From Mycoplasmatales bacterium (GTDB lineage Bacteria; Bacillota_I; Bacilli_A; Mycoplasmatales; MT37), in assembly GCA_965196725.1 (NCBI GenBank), contig OZ239770.1, positions 130 through 64,129 of the forward strand: a stretch of DNA of 64,000 nt, given 5' to 3'. Below the pieces are notes generated by a model. It saw nothing but the letters and a program-made list of their open reading frames with translations, was not told where the DNA came from and did not search any database. The first letter of the stretch is position 1. Every line of letters begins with the position of its first letter. A program made the translations under genes and the position numbers. Shown here in pieces: positions 33,044-45,083 of this stretch.

Positions 33044-34582
33044 ATGTCAACATCAGAAATCATTGGTGCTGCCTTTGGAGCAGGGATAGGTTTTTTGGTT
33101 TTATTTACAACTATTATTTTTCTATCTTTTTTATACAAAAAAGTTCGTTTTGATAAGAAAAAGCGCAATTTTTTGCGCAAAGCAAAATTAGACTTAGAAA
33201 GAAAAACAAATGAGTTAAAAGCAAAAAATATCTTTTATTTAAATCAACGCAAAAGTGAATTTAAAGAAAGGGAAAAAGTGCTTTTGCAAGAACAGAGAAA
33301 TAAAATTGAAAGACTAAACAAAGAAAGCAAGCAATTACAAGAGAAAGAACGAAAACTTCACCACCAAGAAGAAATTTTGAAAAATACATTAGAAAAACAA
33401 AAGCTAATGAACGCCAATTTATTCCAAGAACGAGAAAAAGTGATTAAACGCCTGGAAGAAATTAGTGATTTAACCGCTAAAGAAGCCAAGGAACAACTAT
33501 TTCTTAATATTGAAAAAAAGGAATTGAAAAATCTTAATAAGATGGTGAAGGAAATTAAACATCAAACACAGAAAGAATTGAAAAAAGAAGTAAACAATAT
33601 TTTAGCAAGTGCGATTGAACGGTTTACAAATGAATATGTGGAAGAAAAACTCACAACCGGAATTTTGCTAGAAAATAAAGAAATTAAAGGAAAAATTATC
33701 GGTAAAGATGGGCGCAACATTAAATCATTTGAAACTGCATCAGGAACTGATCTTATTATCGAAAAAGATAGTAATTTAATTAAAATTTCTTCTTTTAATC
33801 CTGTCCGTCGTGAAGTGGCAGTCAACGCTATGAATTTTTTAATCAAAGACGGAAGAATTCAACCGCAGAGAATTGAAGAAACCTTGAAAAAAGAAAGTGC
33901 TAATATCGAAAATATTATTCGAGAAAAAGGTCGACAAATCGTTAATGAATTAGGAATTACTAATATTGATAACGAACTAGTTTATTACATCGGGAAACTA
34001 AAATACCGTACCAGTTATGGACAAAATGTTTTGCAACATTCAATTGAAGTTGCTAAAATTGCCGGAGCGTTAGCCAAAGAATTGCGTTTAGATGACGAAT
34101 TAGCGGTGCGGGCAGGCTTATTACATGATATTGGGAAATCAGTCGATTATGAGGTTGGTCTTTCTCATGTTGATGCCGGGTTAAATTTAGCCCAAAAATA
34201 TAATGAAGCAGCGGTTGTGATTAACGCTATTCATTCGCATCATGGTGATGTCGAACCGGATAACATTTATTCCGTTTTAATTGCAAGTGCGGATACAATT
34301 TCAGCGGCGCGTCCAGGAGCGCGTGATAATGTGCATGAAGATTATCTCAAACGCATGGAAGGAATTGAAAAAATCTGTGATTCAATTTCCGGGATTAAAA
34401 AAAGTTATGCCGTGAAATCAGGACGGGTAATTCGTGTCATTGTTGATCCAATTCAAGTTAATGATTATGAAGCGGAAAAAATTGGCGAAGAAATTAAACG
34501 CCAAATCAAAAAAGATATTCAGGTTCCGGGTGAAATTAAAGTTACAGTCATTCGGGAAAAACGATTTGAAACAATTGTTTAA
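33044..34582 (+). CDS. rny: ribonuclease Y
   Basis: A single 512-aa ORF. It has an N-terminal TM, a coiled coil, a KH domain (GKIIGKDGRNIKSFE) and an HD domain (LLHDIGK...HSHHGD). It is preceded by AGGGAG. Confidence 0.95.
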   Translation: MSTSEIIGAAFGAGIGFLVLFTTIIFLSFLYKKVRFDKKKRNFLRKAKLDLERKTNELKAKNIFYLNQRKSEFKEREKVLLQEQRNKIERLNKESKQLQEKERKLHHQEEILKNTLEKQKLMNANLFQEREKVIKRLEEISDLTAKEAKEQLFLNIEKKELKNLNKMVKEIKHQTQKELKKEVNNILASAIERFTNEYVEEKLTTGILLENKEIKGKIIGKDGRNIKSFETASGTDLIIEKDSNLIKISSFNPVRREVAVNAMNFLIKDGRIQPQRIEETLKKESANIENIIREKGRQIVNELGITNIDNELVYYIGKLKYRTSYGQNVLQHSIEVAKIAGALAKELRLDDELAVRAGLLHDIGKSVDYEVGLSHVDAGLNLAQKYNEAAVVINAIHSHHGDVEPDNIYSVLIASADTISAARPGARDNVHEDYLKRMEGIEKICDSISGIKKSYAVKSGRVIRVIVDPIQVNDYEAEKIGEEIKRQIKKDIQVPGEIKVTVIREKRFETIV

Positions 34583-34589
34583 ACAATTG

Positions 34590-35876
34590 TTAAATAACTT
34601 TTAAGATAACGGGTTTTAAATCTGGACGAGTGGTCTTAATTTGAAATGTTTGGCGTGCTTCACGAATTAAACTCTCCGCATCAAGGTCAGTAAAATTTGT
34701 GTATAAAGTCATAATTTTCTCCCCAACTCGAACATAAGCGCCCGCCGAACAATGAACTTGAATTCCAGCATCAAAATCGATTGTTTGTTTTGGATTAATA
34801 CTCAAACGATTAAAAAGAGAACCTAGTTTTTGGAGATTTTGAAATGATCAATAACCATTTTTCATCGCTAAGACAGCAATTTTTGTTTTGGTGGCGCGGA
34901 GTTTAATATCATTAAATCGACCATTTTGACCTTGAATAAATTGCTTAAAATTCAATAATAGTTGATCACGTTTTTTTCAAGCCTGGTTGATTAATTGGAA
35001 TGCTTTTTGAAGACTAATATTTCTGACTAAAACTAATGCATTGGCAACTAAAGCATTGGTAAACGTTTGAAGGCGAGGAAATTGCTTTGGTTTTTCGAAA
35101 AACTGTAAAACATTTCATACTTCCAATTTGTTACCAATATAACTACCTGTCAATTGATCCATATCAGAAAAAACAAAACGAATTGGGCGTTGATAATTAT
35201 GAGCAATTAATTTTGCAAGTCTGGCAAATTCATCAGCCTGCTTCATGGTTTTAAAAAATGCTCCGCTACCAACTTTTAAATCAATCAATAACCCATCGTT
35301 CTTTAATAGCAATTTCTTGATCAGCACACTAATAACAATTAAACCAATTGCATCTAAACTGCCGGTTTGACTACGCAATGGATAAGTTTTGCTTTCAAAA
35401 GGAGAAATTTGGTGATTAGTGTTGGCAACAATAATATTAATTTTTTTCGCAAGTAGTTTTAAACGTTCAAGGGTAAAATCAACCTTCATAGCGGAAATAC
35501 TACTCAATTTATCAATTGTTCCGCCCGTAAAACCTAACCTACGACCAGAATATTTAAACATTTTAATATCAAAATATTGTAAAAAGGGAATTAAAACTAA
35601 CGTTCCTTTATCACCAATTCCACCGGTGGCATGTTTATCTAACTTAAAACCTGTAATTGTTTTGAAATCAATTTTAAAACTGGTTTGATAAATAGCATCA
35701 AAAAAATCAAGAATTTCTTGATCACTTAATTTACGAAAACATAAAACCATTAAAAAAGAGGCCATTTGTGCATCACTAATTTTGTTTTGAATATAACCAT
35801 TAACAATTTGATTAAATTCAGCAGGAGCTAATTTTTGACCAGTTTTCTTCTTTAAAATAATTGGTAAAATGTTCAT
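34590..35876 (-). CDS. deoA: pyrimidine-nucleoside (thymidine) phosphorylase
   Basis: Translates MNILPIILKKKTGQKLAPAEFNQIV...DKHATGGIGDK...SGRRLGFTGGTIDKL... Fragments 35115..35876 and 34590..34805 join in frame via TGAs. Confidence 0.9.
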
Positions 35877-35903
35877 TTGCTTTTTATTCTCTTTTTTATA
35901 TCA

Positions 35904-36569
35904 TTAATGAAAAAAATGATATACTTTTTTTTCCAAAAATTGTTGATTAATGCGCAACATTTGACGTGAATTATAGCTTTCAATCAAATTCAATTTATTG
36001 GGACTAGATTTTAATCCTCTGACAAAATGCAGAGCAGGAATTCCACTCCCAAGAAGATCGGCAATAAAATTTGTAATCTTTAAAGTCCCGTTTGGTGCAA
36101 TTACCAGTAATGTGCGAGGAATTTGTAAATTAATGAGGAGTTGTTTTTTTAAAGCAGGTGTTATGTTATGCTCATTCAAAATAAAATGGTTTAAAAGTAA
36201 GCAAAATTGTTTGCAAATTGTTGGAAGCAATTGTAAATAATCTTCTGTAAAACAGAAAGAAAGGGGAGCAGTTTTTTTAAAATCATTGACCTTAGCAAAA
36301 AAAAGTGGAACGGATGGATTGGTTGTTTTAACCAATAAAACAGTGCTTTCAAATTTTCAATTATCTAAATCAATCTTTTTTACTTTTGCACTATAAAATC
36401 AATGAAAAATTTTGCTGTAACGACGAACAAAAAGATAACGTTGCCGTTCTTTAGTTCGGCGTTTGTTACTTTTTTGGTGATTTAAACGATAAAAGACTCA
36501 TCGAATCCGAAATTGGAGAAAAAAGTAGATAGGCCAGGCAATCACTACTTTTCAAAAATTTAATTGCAT
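35904..36569 (-). CDS. hypothetical protein, weak PlsC/LPLAT acyltransferase resemblance with a degenerate catalytic motif
   Basis: ATG is at 36569, in frame with ORF 35904..36335. Where HxxxxD is expected it reads VKTTNPSVPLF. APNGTLK is FPEGT-like and GIPALHFV is the motif IV equivalent. The assignment is tentative. Confidence 0.45.
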
Positions 36570-36625
36570 ACACTAATTACTTTAATGTTTTTCTGATATT
36601 TTACCAAAAAAGCGCGAGGTAATAA

Positions 36626-36901
36626 TTATGAAGGGAAAATTTTCTTAATTTCGTTTGCTCAAATACAGTTGACAACTTCATCACTAATAAAATTTCCACT
36701 CAAAAAAACTAAATCTCCTTTATGCAAACTAATTTCTTTTAAAATAAAACGATAACACTTCACTTTTACCATGGTTTTTTTTGGGGCATGAGATTGAAAA
36801 AAAGCCATTTCATTTTTAAAAAAAACGTCAAAATAAATAAATTTGGAACGACTATTATCTTCCGGGAGGGTTTGAATTCAAGCAATGAGAAAGATAGCAT
36901 T
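36626..36901 (-). CDS. hypothetical small protein (91 aa)
   Basis: An open frame with one TGA: MLSFSLLEFKPSRKIIVVPNLFILTFFLKMKWLFFNLMPQKKTMVKVKCYRFILKEISLHKGDLVFLSGNFISDEVVNCIWANEIKKIFPS. No family was recognised and an internal ATG start is possible. Confidence 0.3.
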
Positions 36902-36966
36902 AAACACAGTTAAAGTTTAACCATAACTGCGGAAAAAGCATAATGATAAGTTTTTTTAGCAGTTAA

Positions 36967-37767
36967 TTATTTTTTCAAAGCATTGTAAAGGCGAAGAAAC
37001 TGGGGCATTGTTAAAGTTTCAGCACGCAGATTAGAAGGTCATTTTTGGACTTGAAAGACCTTTAATAGTTGAAAACGATCAAATTGGGGATGAAGATTAT
37101 TAATTAAAAACTTGCGAGGATGATGGAAAGCTAATTTCACAAATGACAAAAAAGCGGATTGCACAGAAAGAGGCAAAAGGGGTTTAGTTCGTAAAACAAA
37201 CCTTAAAACAAGAGAATCAATTTTTGGTACCGGAGTAAAAGCTTTACGTGGTAAAAAAGCAATTTGACTAATTTGACGACAGAAAAGAGCGCAGCAAATT
37301 GCTAAATATGAATTTTTATTATTCAAGGCCAGAATACGATGAGCAACGGGAAGGGGAAATGTTAACAATAACTGATTAAAATGAGAAGCAGCAAGGAACA
37401 ATTTTTGCAAAATGGCGGTAGCAACGTTATAGGGTAAATTGCTAACAACAGTCAGCTTTACCGCTGGTAAACGAACAAAATCAAAAGTAAGTAGATCTGC
37501 TTGTATAATTTTAATGTTGCTTAATGGTTGATATTTTTGCCTCAGTCATTTTGTTAAGCGAGAATCCTTTTCGAGCAAAAATAGAGGACGTGATTGTTTA
37601 ATTAATGCGGTTGTTAAAGCACCAAATCCAGGACCAATTTCAAGAACTGGTTGCTGCGAATCTAATCCAAACTTGGCAACCAAAGCATTCGCTGTTGATT
37701 GGTCAAGAAAGTTTTGTCCTAGTTTTTTTTGAGGCAGAAAATGTTTTAAAGGGAAAAAATGTTCCAT
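36967..37767 (-). CDS. rsmA: 16S rRNA (adenine1518/1519-N6)-dimethyltransferase
   Basis: Translates MEHFFPLKHFLPQKKLGQNFLDQ...VLEIGPGFGALT...VVSNLPYN... Fragments 37546..37767 and 37039..37410 join via TGA. TAA is at 36967-36969. Confidence 0.9.
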
Positions 37768-37772
37768 AGAAT

Positions 37773-38678
37773 CTAAGCGATTTTAGGAAGCAGCACAAAG
37801 TAACTATCTGAATAATTAGCAAAAATATTACGAAATCCAGATTTTAGTTGGTTAAAGTCATTGGCATTTGCTAATTGTTGTTTTAAAAAAGCAGGCTTTA
37901 AAAGATCTTTAACTAAAATTAAGTTTTTAACTTCAGTTTTTAGTCATTTATTTTGATAGAAATAATTGAATTTTTCGTTAAAAAACTGATTAACTTTCGT
38001 CAAACTGGTTGTAAATGCTTTTGGGGTAATTGTTTCTTTGTTTTGTAATTGAACTAAATCATTCCAAATTGGTTGTAACGAATTGTTATTAAAATTAGTG
38101 TACTTTTCGGCAATTTTAAACTGGTTAAAAACGGCATTTAAATAACTCTTGTTTTTTTGCTTAACAAAAACAGTTTGATCCTTAGTGGAAATGATGTAGA
38201 AAGGAGTAGCAAAATAAGTTGTGATACCGATTAAAGCAAGAAAAACAAAAAATTTGATTATGATGTTGCTTATCAATAATTTTTTTCCGGGCGTTGCATA
38301 ATAAGCAACAAATTTACGTCTAAAAAGAGCGAAATAAAAAAGGTTGGTGAGAAGAAAAAATGCTAATAATGCTGAGGTAAAAAATAACAATTTACTGATA
38401 AAAATATTAAATTTAAGGTATAAAACAAACTCTTTTATCGCAACGGAAGAACTTGACTGTTGTAATAATTGGTCATACCAAACATTTAATTCTTTATTAA
38501 TGAGTGGCCAAACCAAAAGAGAAATGCCAAACCCAATAAATAAAGTCGAACCTAAATAGTGAAAATAAAACGGTCTTAAAAAGTATAAAACAACTAAAAC
38601 CAACAGAATAAAAATGAGAAATCCTAAATCAATTCATAATGAATTATTAGGGTTTTCCACAAAAGTTAGAAAATTCAT
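37773..38678 (-). CDS. hypothetical membrane protein (301 aa)
   Basis: ATG is at 38678 (MNFLTFVENPNNSLWIDLGFLIFILLVL...), joining ORF 37944..38603 and extending to TAG at 37773-37775. It has about 5 TM helices and a soluble C-terminal part. Confidence 0.6.
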
Positions 38679-38775
38679 AATAACTTTCTCCTTAATAGTT
38701 CTTGTTATTTTAACACATTAAAGGAATTGTTAGTCCTTTTATGAAAAAAGCAAATAAATTATCTATAATCATTAG

Positions 38776-39678
38776 ATGCAGGTGGTAGACTTGAACTATA
38801 TGCAAACAAACAGACTCACTCAAATACAAATCGATGAGATTATCAAGCACTTTTATGAATTTCGTTCTGGTGTTTCCCACCCAACGATGAAAGCGCGCTT
38901 TCAAATTCCAATTAGATTTTCCATGATTTATTTGACAATTTATCAAACAAAAAAAATTCTGGTTCAAGGAGATATTGAAACTAAAAAACGATTTTGAGAA
39001 ATAACCCAAAACTTTTGACGACAAATCAATTGCACCGCTTGATATCTCCAAACACCAAATACAAAGCGGGAAGCTTTGATTTGAGGAGGTGATGAATCCG
39101 GAAAAGGAGATGTTTTTGGCTCAATTCATCTAACGCTTGTCAGAAATACTCCGAAACTAAATTTGCTCGTCAAACAGTTTCATTTGCAAGATTCAAAAAA
39201 AATGTCGGATCAAAGAATTCTGTTTTTGGCCCCGAAGATTTTAGGGGTGTTAAAAGCGGCAAAAAGTTGCTATTGACTAAAAATTGTGCCGGGAAAACTA
39301 ATCAACAAAAATCTTAATGCTGTTTTAGCTCAACATTATTGAGAACTAATTTCCCAAACTAATGATCAAATTCCGGTCGTAATTGATGCTTTTTGTAGTT
39401 ATCAAAAATTACGGGAATATTGAGGAAATAGAAGTCCAAGTGGCAACAAAATCAGCGTTAAAGAAAAGGGAGAAAGTTTTTTTAATGCGATTGCCGTTGC
39501 TTCAATTATTAGTCGTTATCATTTTCTACAAGAATTAAAAAACTGAGAAAATACTTTTGCGCTTGTTAACGCAATCCCTAAAGGAGCAAGTCGAAAAGCA
39601 CAAAATACTGCTAAAGTTTATTTAGCTCAAAACCCCAAAATGGCCAAAATAATTAAGATCAATTACATTAAAGGGTAA
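38776..39678 (+). CDS. rnhC: ribonuclease HIII
   Basis: It has an N-terminal substrate-binding domain (..KILVQGD..), then GGDESGKGDVFGS (DEDD Asp/Glu) and KGESFFNAIAVASIISRY. Fragments join through TGAs to TAA at 39676-39678. The start may be ATG 38776 or 38800. Confidence 0.85.
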
Positions 39679-39685
39679 ATTGTTT

Positions 39686-40654
39686 TTAATAAATTCGGTT
39701 TCAAAAGTTAGGTTTTAAATTCTTGTCTCAAAAATTATCTTGATTATCCGGCATATATTCATTGGCATAGACAAGAACAGTTGTTATCATTCCAATTAAA
39801 AAGAGCGCAAAGCAAAACGAGAAGGAAAATCATAATAAAAATTGACTATCAATTCGAAAACGTAATAACAGATTAGTAGAAAAGAACCCAAAAGCAAATG
39901 TTATTAATGGTGCAATCACAACTCAGGATTTAAAATCAGTTGTCATAGCAATAGTTTGGGTTTCATAAATAAAATTATGACGCTCAACATACCGCACAAT
40001 GATTGTAATAATTGCTACTAAAGTCGTTTGTCAAAGTAAAGTGCGAATTTTCTGGTTAACTTGTTCGGAATGGGAAAATTGCATGAAATAATAACAAAAA
40101 AGAGCTCCAATCGATAAAAGGGTGAAATAGATAGTGCCATAAAAATATAATCGTTCTTGTTTAGCAAGTCCAAATTGTAGAAGTCCAATTGTTAAAATAC
40201 CGCTCAATCATAAAAAGGCAGTTTTTTTGCTTCCTAGCGTAATTTCTGTATAGTAACCAATGCGATAGAAGGTTAAAAAAATTATTAGTGAAGCAATTAA
40301 GAAGTTTAACCCTTTCACATTTTCTACTAACGGGAAGGTGAAAAAGCGTCAAAACTGATAACCATACAAAATAGCATGCTTATTTTGGGCAGTAAAATAA
40401 ACTAAAAACTTGTCTTCAATTTTACTTAAAGAAGTGATGCGGAAAAAACCCAATAAAAAAAGCGATAAATTGATTACAATCATTAAAAAAAGAATTGTTG
40501 AATAAACAGGGGCAGATTCAAAATCAAGAACACCAGCACGCAATTTTTTAATCCGTAAAGTTGTTTGATACGAATTTTGCGGATTTGATTGGGTTGCTCT
40601 TTGATTAGAAGAATTAGTAAAGAAGGTAGTAAAAATGTTGCTTCAATGGTACAT
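39686..40654 (-). CDS. polytopic membrane protein (322 aa), faint rhomboid-like WR motif
   Basis: I checked the frame codon by codon from ATG 40654 to TAA at 39686-39688. It contains ..YGYQFWRFFTFPLVENVKGLNFLIASL.. and ..FLWLSGILTIG.. No clear catalytic Ser/His pair is present, so the family call is weak. Confidence 0.55.
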
Positions 40655-40695
40655 AATCTATTCTTAATATTTGTAAAAAGATCCCTTTTTGGTAA

Positions 40696-41589
40696 TTATA
40701 TATTATTTACCATAAATGTTAAAAAATAATCAGGTAAAGCTTGATGAAAAGTTAATTTAATCGTCTTATAAAAAGGGTGAAAAAACACTAAAGAAGTAGC
40801 ATGCAAGTAAATAAAATTGGCGGAAGTTGATTGAGCTTTTTGCTGATAAAGCGGATCATTGACAATCGGGTGATTAAGATATGCTAAATGAACTCGAATT
40901 TGATGAGTGCGTCCGGTTTTTAATTGACAATTTAATAAAGTATGATTGGCAAACAAGTGCTTTACAATAAAAACGCTTTCCGCTGGTTTGCCAATTCCGG
41001 CAACTTTAATCTTACGATGAAATGGTGATTTAACAAGCGGAGCATTAACATGAAAATGGCTGCTTTTGATTAAACCTTTTGCCAACGCTAAATAAGTGCG
41101 CTTAATCTGATGGCGGGCAAACATGGTTTTTAATTTAGCGGCGGCAATGTGATGGCGGGCAAGAATTAAAAGTCCGCTGGTCAGTTTATCTAAGCGGTGA
41201 ACTATTCCTGGTTTAAATTGAACAGAAGGGAAATTAAGATACTCTTTCATTTGGGTGGTAACAGTATTTTGAAAATGATGATGATCGTTATGGGTTGTAA
41301 TGCCGGCTGGTTTGTTCACAACAATTAAATCAGCATCAATATGTAAAATTGAAACTTGATGAGGTTGCAAAGGTGCAGGCCACTTGGGCACTTCCACTGT
41401 AATCAGGTGTGAATGTTTCAAGATGGAAGCGAAGGTTGAAGGACTTTGCTGATCAACATGAATGGCGTTTTCTAAAAATAATTGGGTTAAAAATGCTGTT
41501 GTAAAACCATGTTGATGTAATTTAGTTAACAAAAAGTCGTGTAGTGTTTGCGGAAACGATTGGATAAAAACAAATTTAAGCAGAATCAT
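40696..41589 (-). CDS. rluD: RluA-family 23S rRNA pseudouridine synthase
   Basis: A single ORF. It has VVNKPAGITTH, the catalytic HRLDKLTSGLLILA, and TGRTHQIRVHLAYL. Confidence 0.85.
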   Translation of the reverse strand: MILLKFVFIQSFPQTLHDFLLTKLHQHGFTTAFLTQLFLENAIHVDQQSPSTFASILKHSHLITVEVPKWPAPLQPHQVSILHIDADLIVVNKPAGITTHNDHHHFQNTVTTQMKEYLNFPSVQFKPGIVHRLDKLTSGLLILARHHIAAAKLKTMFARHQIKRTYLALAKGLIKSSHFHVNAPLVKSPFHRKIKVAGIGKPAESVFIVKHLFANHTLLNCQLKTGRTHQIRVHLAYLNHPIVNDPLYQQKAQSTSANFIYLHATSLVFFHPFYKTIKLTFHQALPDYFLTFMVNNI

Positions 41590-41601
41590 AATCCATCAAA
41601 A

Positions 41602-42192
41602 CTAAGTTGTTGCCGGTTTAAATATTTGTTTTGGATTAACGGTTGGTTTATGATGAATCTTCCCTTTGCTAAAAGTTCAAAATGGGAGATAAAAAATAAT
41701 CCCAATAATTGCTGTTGTAAGCATAACATCTTCTAAATTAAAGTAAATCGCATTCCAAAATTTTCCAAATCGGAACCCAAAATAATCTTTTACAACTGCT
41801 TCTGATGTGCGGAGACGACTGATAAAATTACTTAAACCACCAAGTAAAATTAAACCAAAAAATAAAATAAACAATTTATCACGGGAAACAACAAAGATGA
41901 TAAAAACAATTAACAATAAAAGGGTTGTTAAAAGATAATAAATCATTTTAATTGTTTCAAATTGCAATGATGAAATTTGCTGGACAAAATTAACAAACCA
42001 GGAATTAAGGCGAAAAAGATTTGTTTGATCACTAATGAAAAATAATTGATCATTATCATTGGTTGCTTTAAATCAGTCGAAAAAATAAACCTGAAAAAGT
42101 TGGCAAACAACAAGTAAAGTTAATAAACAAAAGGCAACACAAATTTGATAAATAAAAGGTTTTTTTCGGACTTTTACGGTAGTATTTATCAT
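41602..42192 (-). CDS. lspA: lipoprotein signal peptidase II
   Basis: ATG is at 42192, joining ORF 41677..41967 and extending to TAG at 41602-41604. It contains LILLGGLSNFISRL and FNLEDVMLTTAIIG, which are diverged versions of GGxxNxxDR and FNxAD. Confidence 0.7.
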
Positions 42193-42275
42193 AATCAAAT
42201 ACTCCTTTAATTTCGTTCTTTTATCAAGAAGAAATGATTAAAAATGACTATTTCCAGTTATTATAACTGAATTTT

Positions 42276-45083
42276 TTAATTTCCGCAATTCTGACAGTAG
42301 TTATCGATTAAAAAAGGGTAAATTTCATGACAGCGTAAACATTTTGTTCCCGTAGCAATTTTGATTGTTAATTGATAATCATCAGCAATTAAACGACTGG
42401 TTTGAAAAGTGAAGTGATTAACTTGGAAAAACTGTTTTCAGTCAGCAAAATGGTAAGCTTGTGCTTCTTGGAATTGCTGATTTAAAATTTGATAAGATAC
42501 ATTAGTTTTAATTTTCCATTCATCCAAAAACTTCTTTTTCGCTAGCTCTGAGTTAAAAAGATTGAATGCTAAATTATGGGTATAGTGAATTTGAGCATAA
42601 CGAGAATGGCGCAATTGATGGTTGGTTTTCATTGCTTCCAGATGTTTACTAATCACGCCGCGAACATAAAAACGATAATGTCATTGCAACGCAAAAGTAA
42701 GTCGTTTGGCTGGTGAAGTCAAACCATGCGGTCATTTTAATGGCTTTGGCAATGATAAAAGATGAACTGATTGAGCAGAGAGTAAATTTAAATTCGGATT
42801 GGTTTGAAAAATCTCTTCCGCGGTATGTGGGATAAAAACAGTGATAATTGCTAATAATTGCTGGTAAAGATATCACATCGTTGTTTGGTGTTGACGCCGA
42901 AATAACGCATTTTGCGGAAGCAGGTAAAGCGCTTTTTTAATCAAATGAAAATAGATGGCAGAAAGTTTATTGTTACAAAAATCAATTAACAGGGTAAAAG
43001 CATGGTGAAAATTGAGTTGTTTAAAAGTTGACTTTATGGTTTGAAACGTTGTTTTAGCATGATATAAAATTCATTTATCAAGGGCGGAAAAAGTCGTTGT
43101 TAAAGCAGTTTTTGGATTAAAATCATGCAAATTATCAAGCAAAAAACGCATTGTTAAACGAATTTTAAGATAACTTTGACTAACCTGAGCTAATTTTTCC
43201 GGCCCAATTGTCACATCGTCATAATAATTAGTTGAAGCAACCCAAAGCCGTAAAACATCAGCTCCTTTTTGTTGACAAACAACCAACGGATCAACAATAT
43301 TACCACGACTTTTAGACATTTTTAATCCGGTTTCATCATTGACAAATCCATGGGTAGCAATTTGTCCTAAATGGTTTGCTTTCCGTAAAATTGCCGCCAC
43401 AATCATTAAAGAGTTAAATCAACCGCGAAACTGATCATTTCCTTCTCAAATTAAATCAACCCGGGTGTGTGGATAAAGATTGGTCAGCGAACAACCGGAG
43501 TCAAACCAAACATCAATTGTATCCTGACTTTTATAAGCAATTTTGTATTTAGTCATTAAAGACGGTGAAAGTAAGCGTTCTAATGGTCAATCTCATCAAA
43601 TTTGATCGCCATGCACCGCAATTAATTTGCTAATCTGCTTAATAAGTTCTGGAACAAGAATCGGTTGGTAATCAACTGTGAAAAATAAAGGTAAAGGAAC
43701 ACCTCATTTCCGTTGGCGTGATAAACATCAGTTTTGACGATGATTAAGCATGTTTAATAAACGTTTTTTCCCTCATGAAGGTGTTCATTTTAATTGGTTC
43801 AACTGTTCGTGCAAGCGGGCGCGCAGCGGCGTTAAATTGGCGAATAATTGTTTGGTAGCACGATAAATAACTGGTTGATGCGTCCGTCAATCATGCGGAT
43901 ATTGATGTTCATAAGCGCTCTGATGCAATAAATTGCCGGCTTCAATAATTTTTTGAATGATAATCGGTTGAGCTTTTTGATAGAACAGACCATCCAATGT
44001 TGGATCAGCAACTTTGGCATTAAAACAACCGTTTTCATCAAGGGGAACATCTATTTTGGTGGTTAATTTTTGAACAATGTCAAAATCTTCCGCGCCAAAA
44101 GCGGGGGCTAAATGTAAAACACCGGTTCCGGTGTTTGCCTGAACGATTTCCGCATCAATAACAATTGATTGATGCGGCAAATAACAATGCTGATACTTAA
44201 TTTTTAATAGTTTTTGCCCGGGAAAAGTTTTTAAGTTCGTAATCTTTCATTGCCAAGTTTTTTTGAGACGATAAAAAGAGGTTTTTTCCATTATTCAAGT
44301 TCGCTTGTGCATTTGAAAAGAAACATAAGTTAACGTTTGATTGACTGCCAAAAAACGATTAGCAACCAGCGTTCATGGCGTTGTGGTTCAGACTAAAAAA
44401 GCGGCTGGATCAGCAAATTGGCGGTCAAGAATAGGGAAAGCAACAAAAACTGCTTGACTAGTAAAAGGTTTGTATTCAATTTCAGTTTCTGCTAAAGCTG
44501 TTTTGCTTGATCATGATCAAAAAACAGGTTTTAAAGCATAAAACAATAAGTTTTGTTCTGCCATTGCCGCTAAAACATTTAATTGTTTCGCAATATAGTC
44601 GCGCTGGCAGGTTCAATATTTTGGCGTTCAATTAATAAGCACGCCTAGGCGCTGAAATTGATGTTGTTGCCGTTCCATTTGCTTTAGAGCGTATTTTTCA
44701 CATAATAAACGATAATCCGAATTTTGAACTTTAACATTTTGGGTTTTTAAAACAGCATTGGCAATCGGTAAACCATGCGTGTCTCAACCAGGGACAAAAA
44801 CGGGATTAAAACCTTGCAAACGGGCGTAGCGCAACGTAAAATCTTTTAAAATCAAATTTAAAGCGTGCCCAATGTGAATATCACCGTTTGCATAGGGAGG
44901 ACCGCTATGGAGAATAAAATTACCTTTCTTGCCGGATTGTGATAATTGTTGAAACAATTTAATCTTGGTTCAAAACCGTTGTCATTTGAGTTCCTGGGTT
45001 TTTAAATCAGCGCGCATTGGCAAACCAGAACGAAACAAATTAACTGGTTTAATTTGCTTATTTTTTGGCAGTTGGTTTTTCAT
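42276..45083 (-). CDS. ileS: isoleucyl-tRNA synthetase
   Basis: ATG is at 45083. Translates [27 protein letters not shown]...[18 protein letters not shown] (HIGH), KMSKSRGN, and the C-terminal zinc finger CLRCHE...CQNCGN. All listed fragments are in the same frame. Confidence 0.93.

Noticed and set aside
33562-35688. Antisense ORFs lie inside rny (33562..33846) and deoA (35419..35688). Similar shadow ORFs occur opposite fusA (8408-8637), rnj (26104-26790), recA (32198-32491) and metK (14947-15161).
   Set aside because: Each is opposite a well-supported conserved gene and lacks motifs. Their length is explained by the AT-rich, stop-poor antisense codon pattern.
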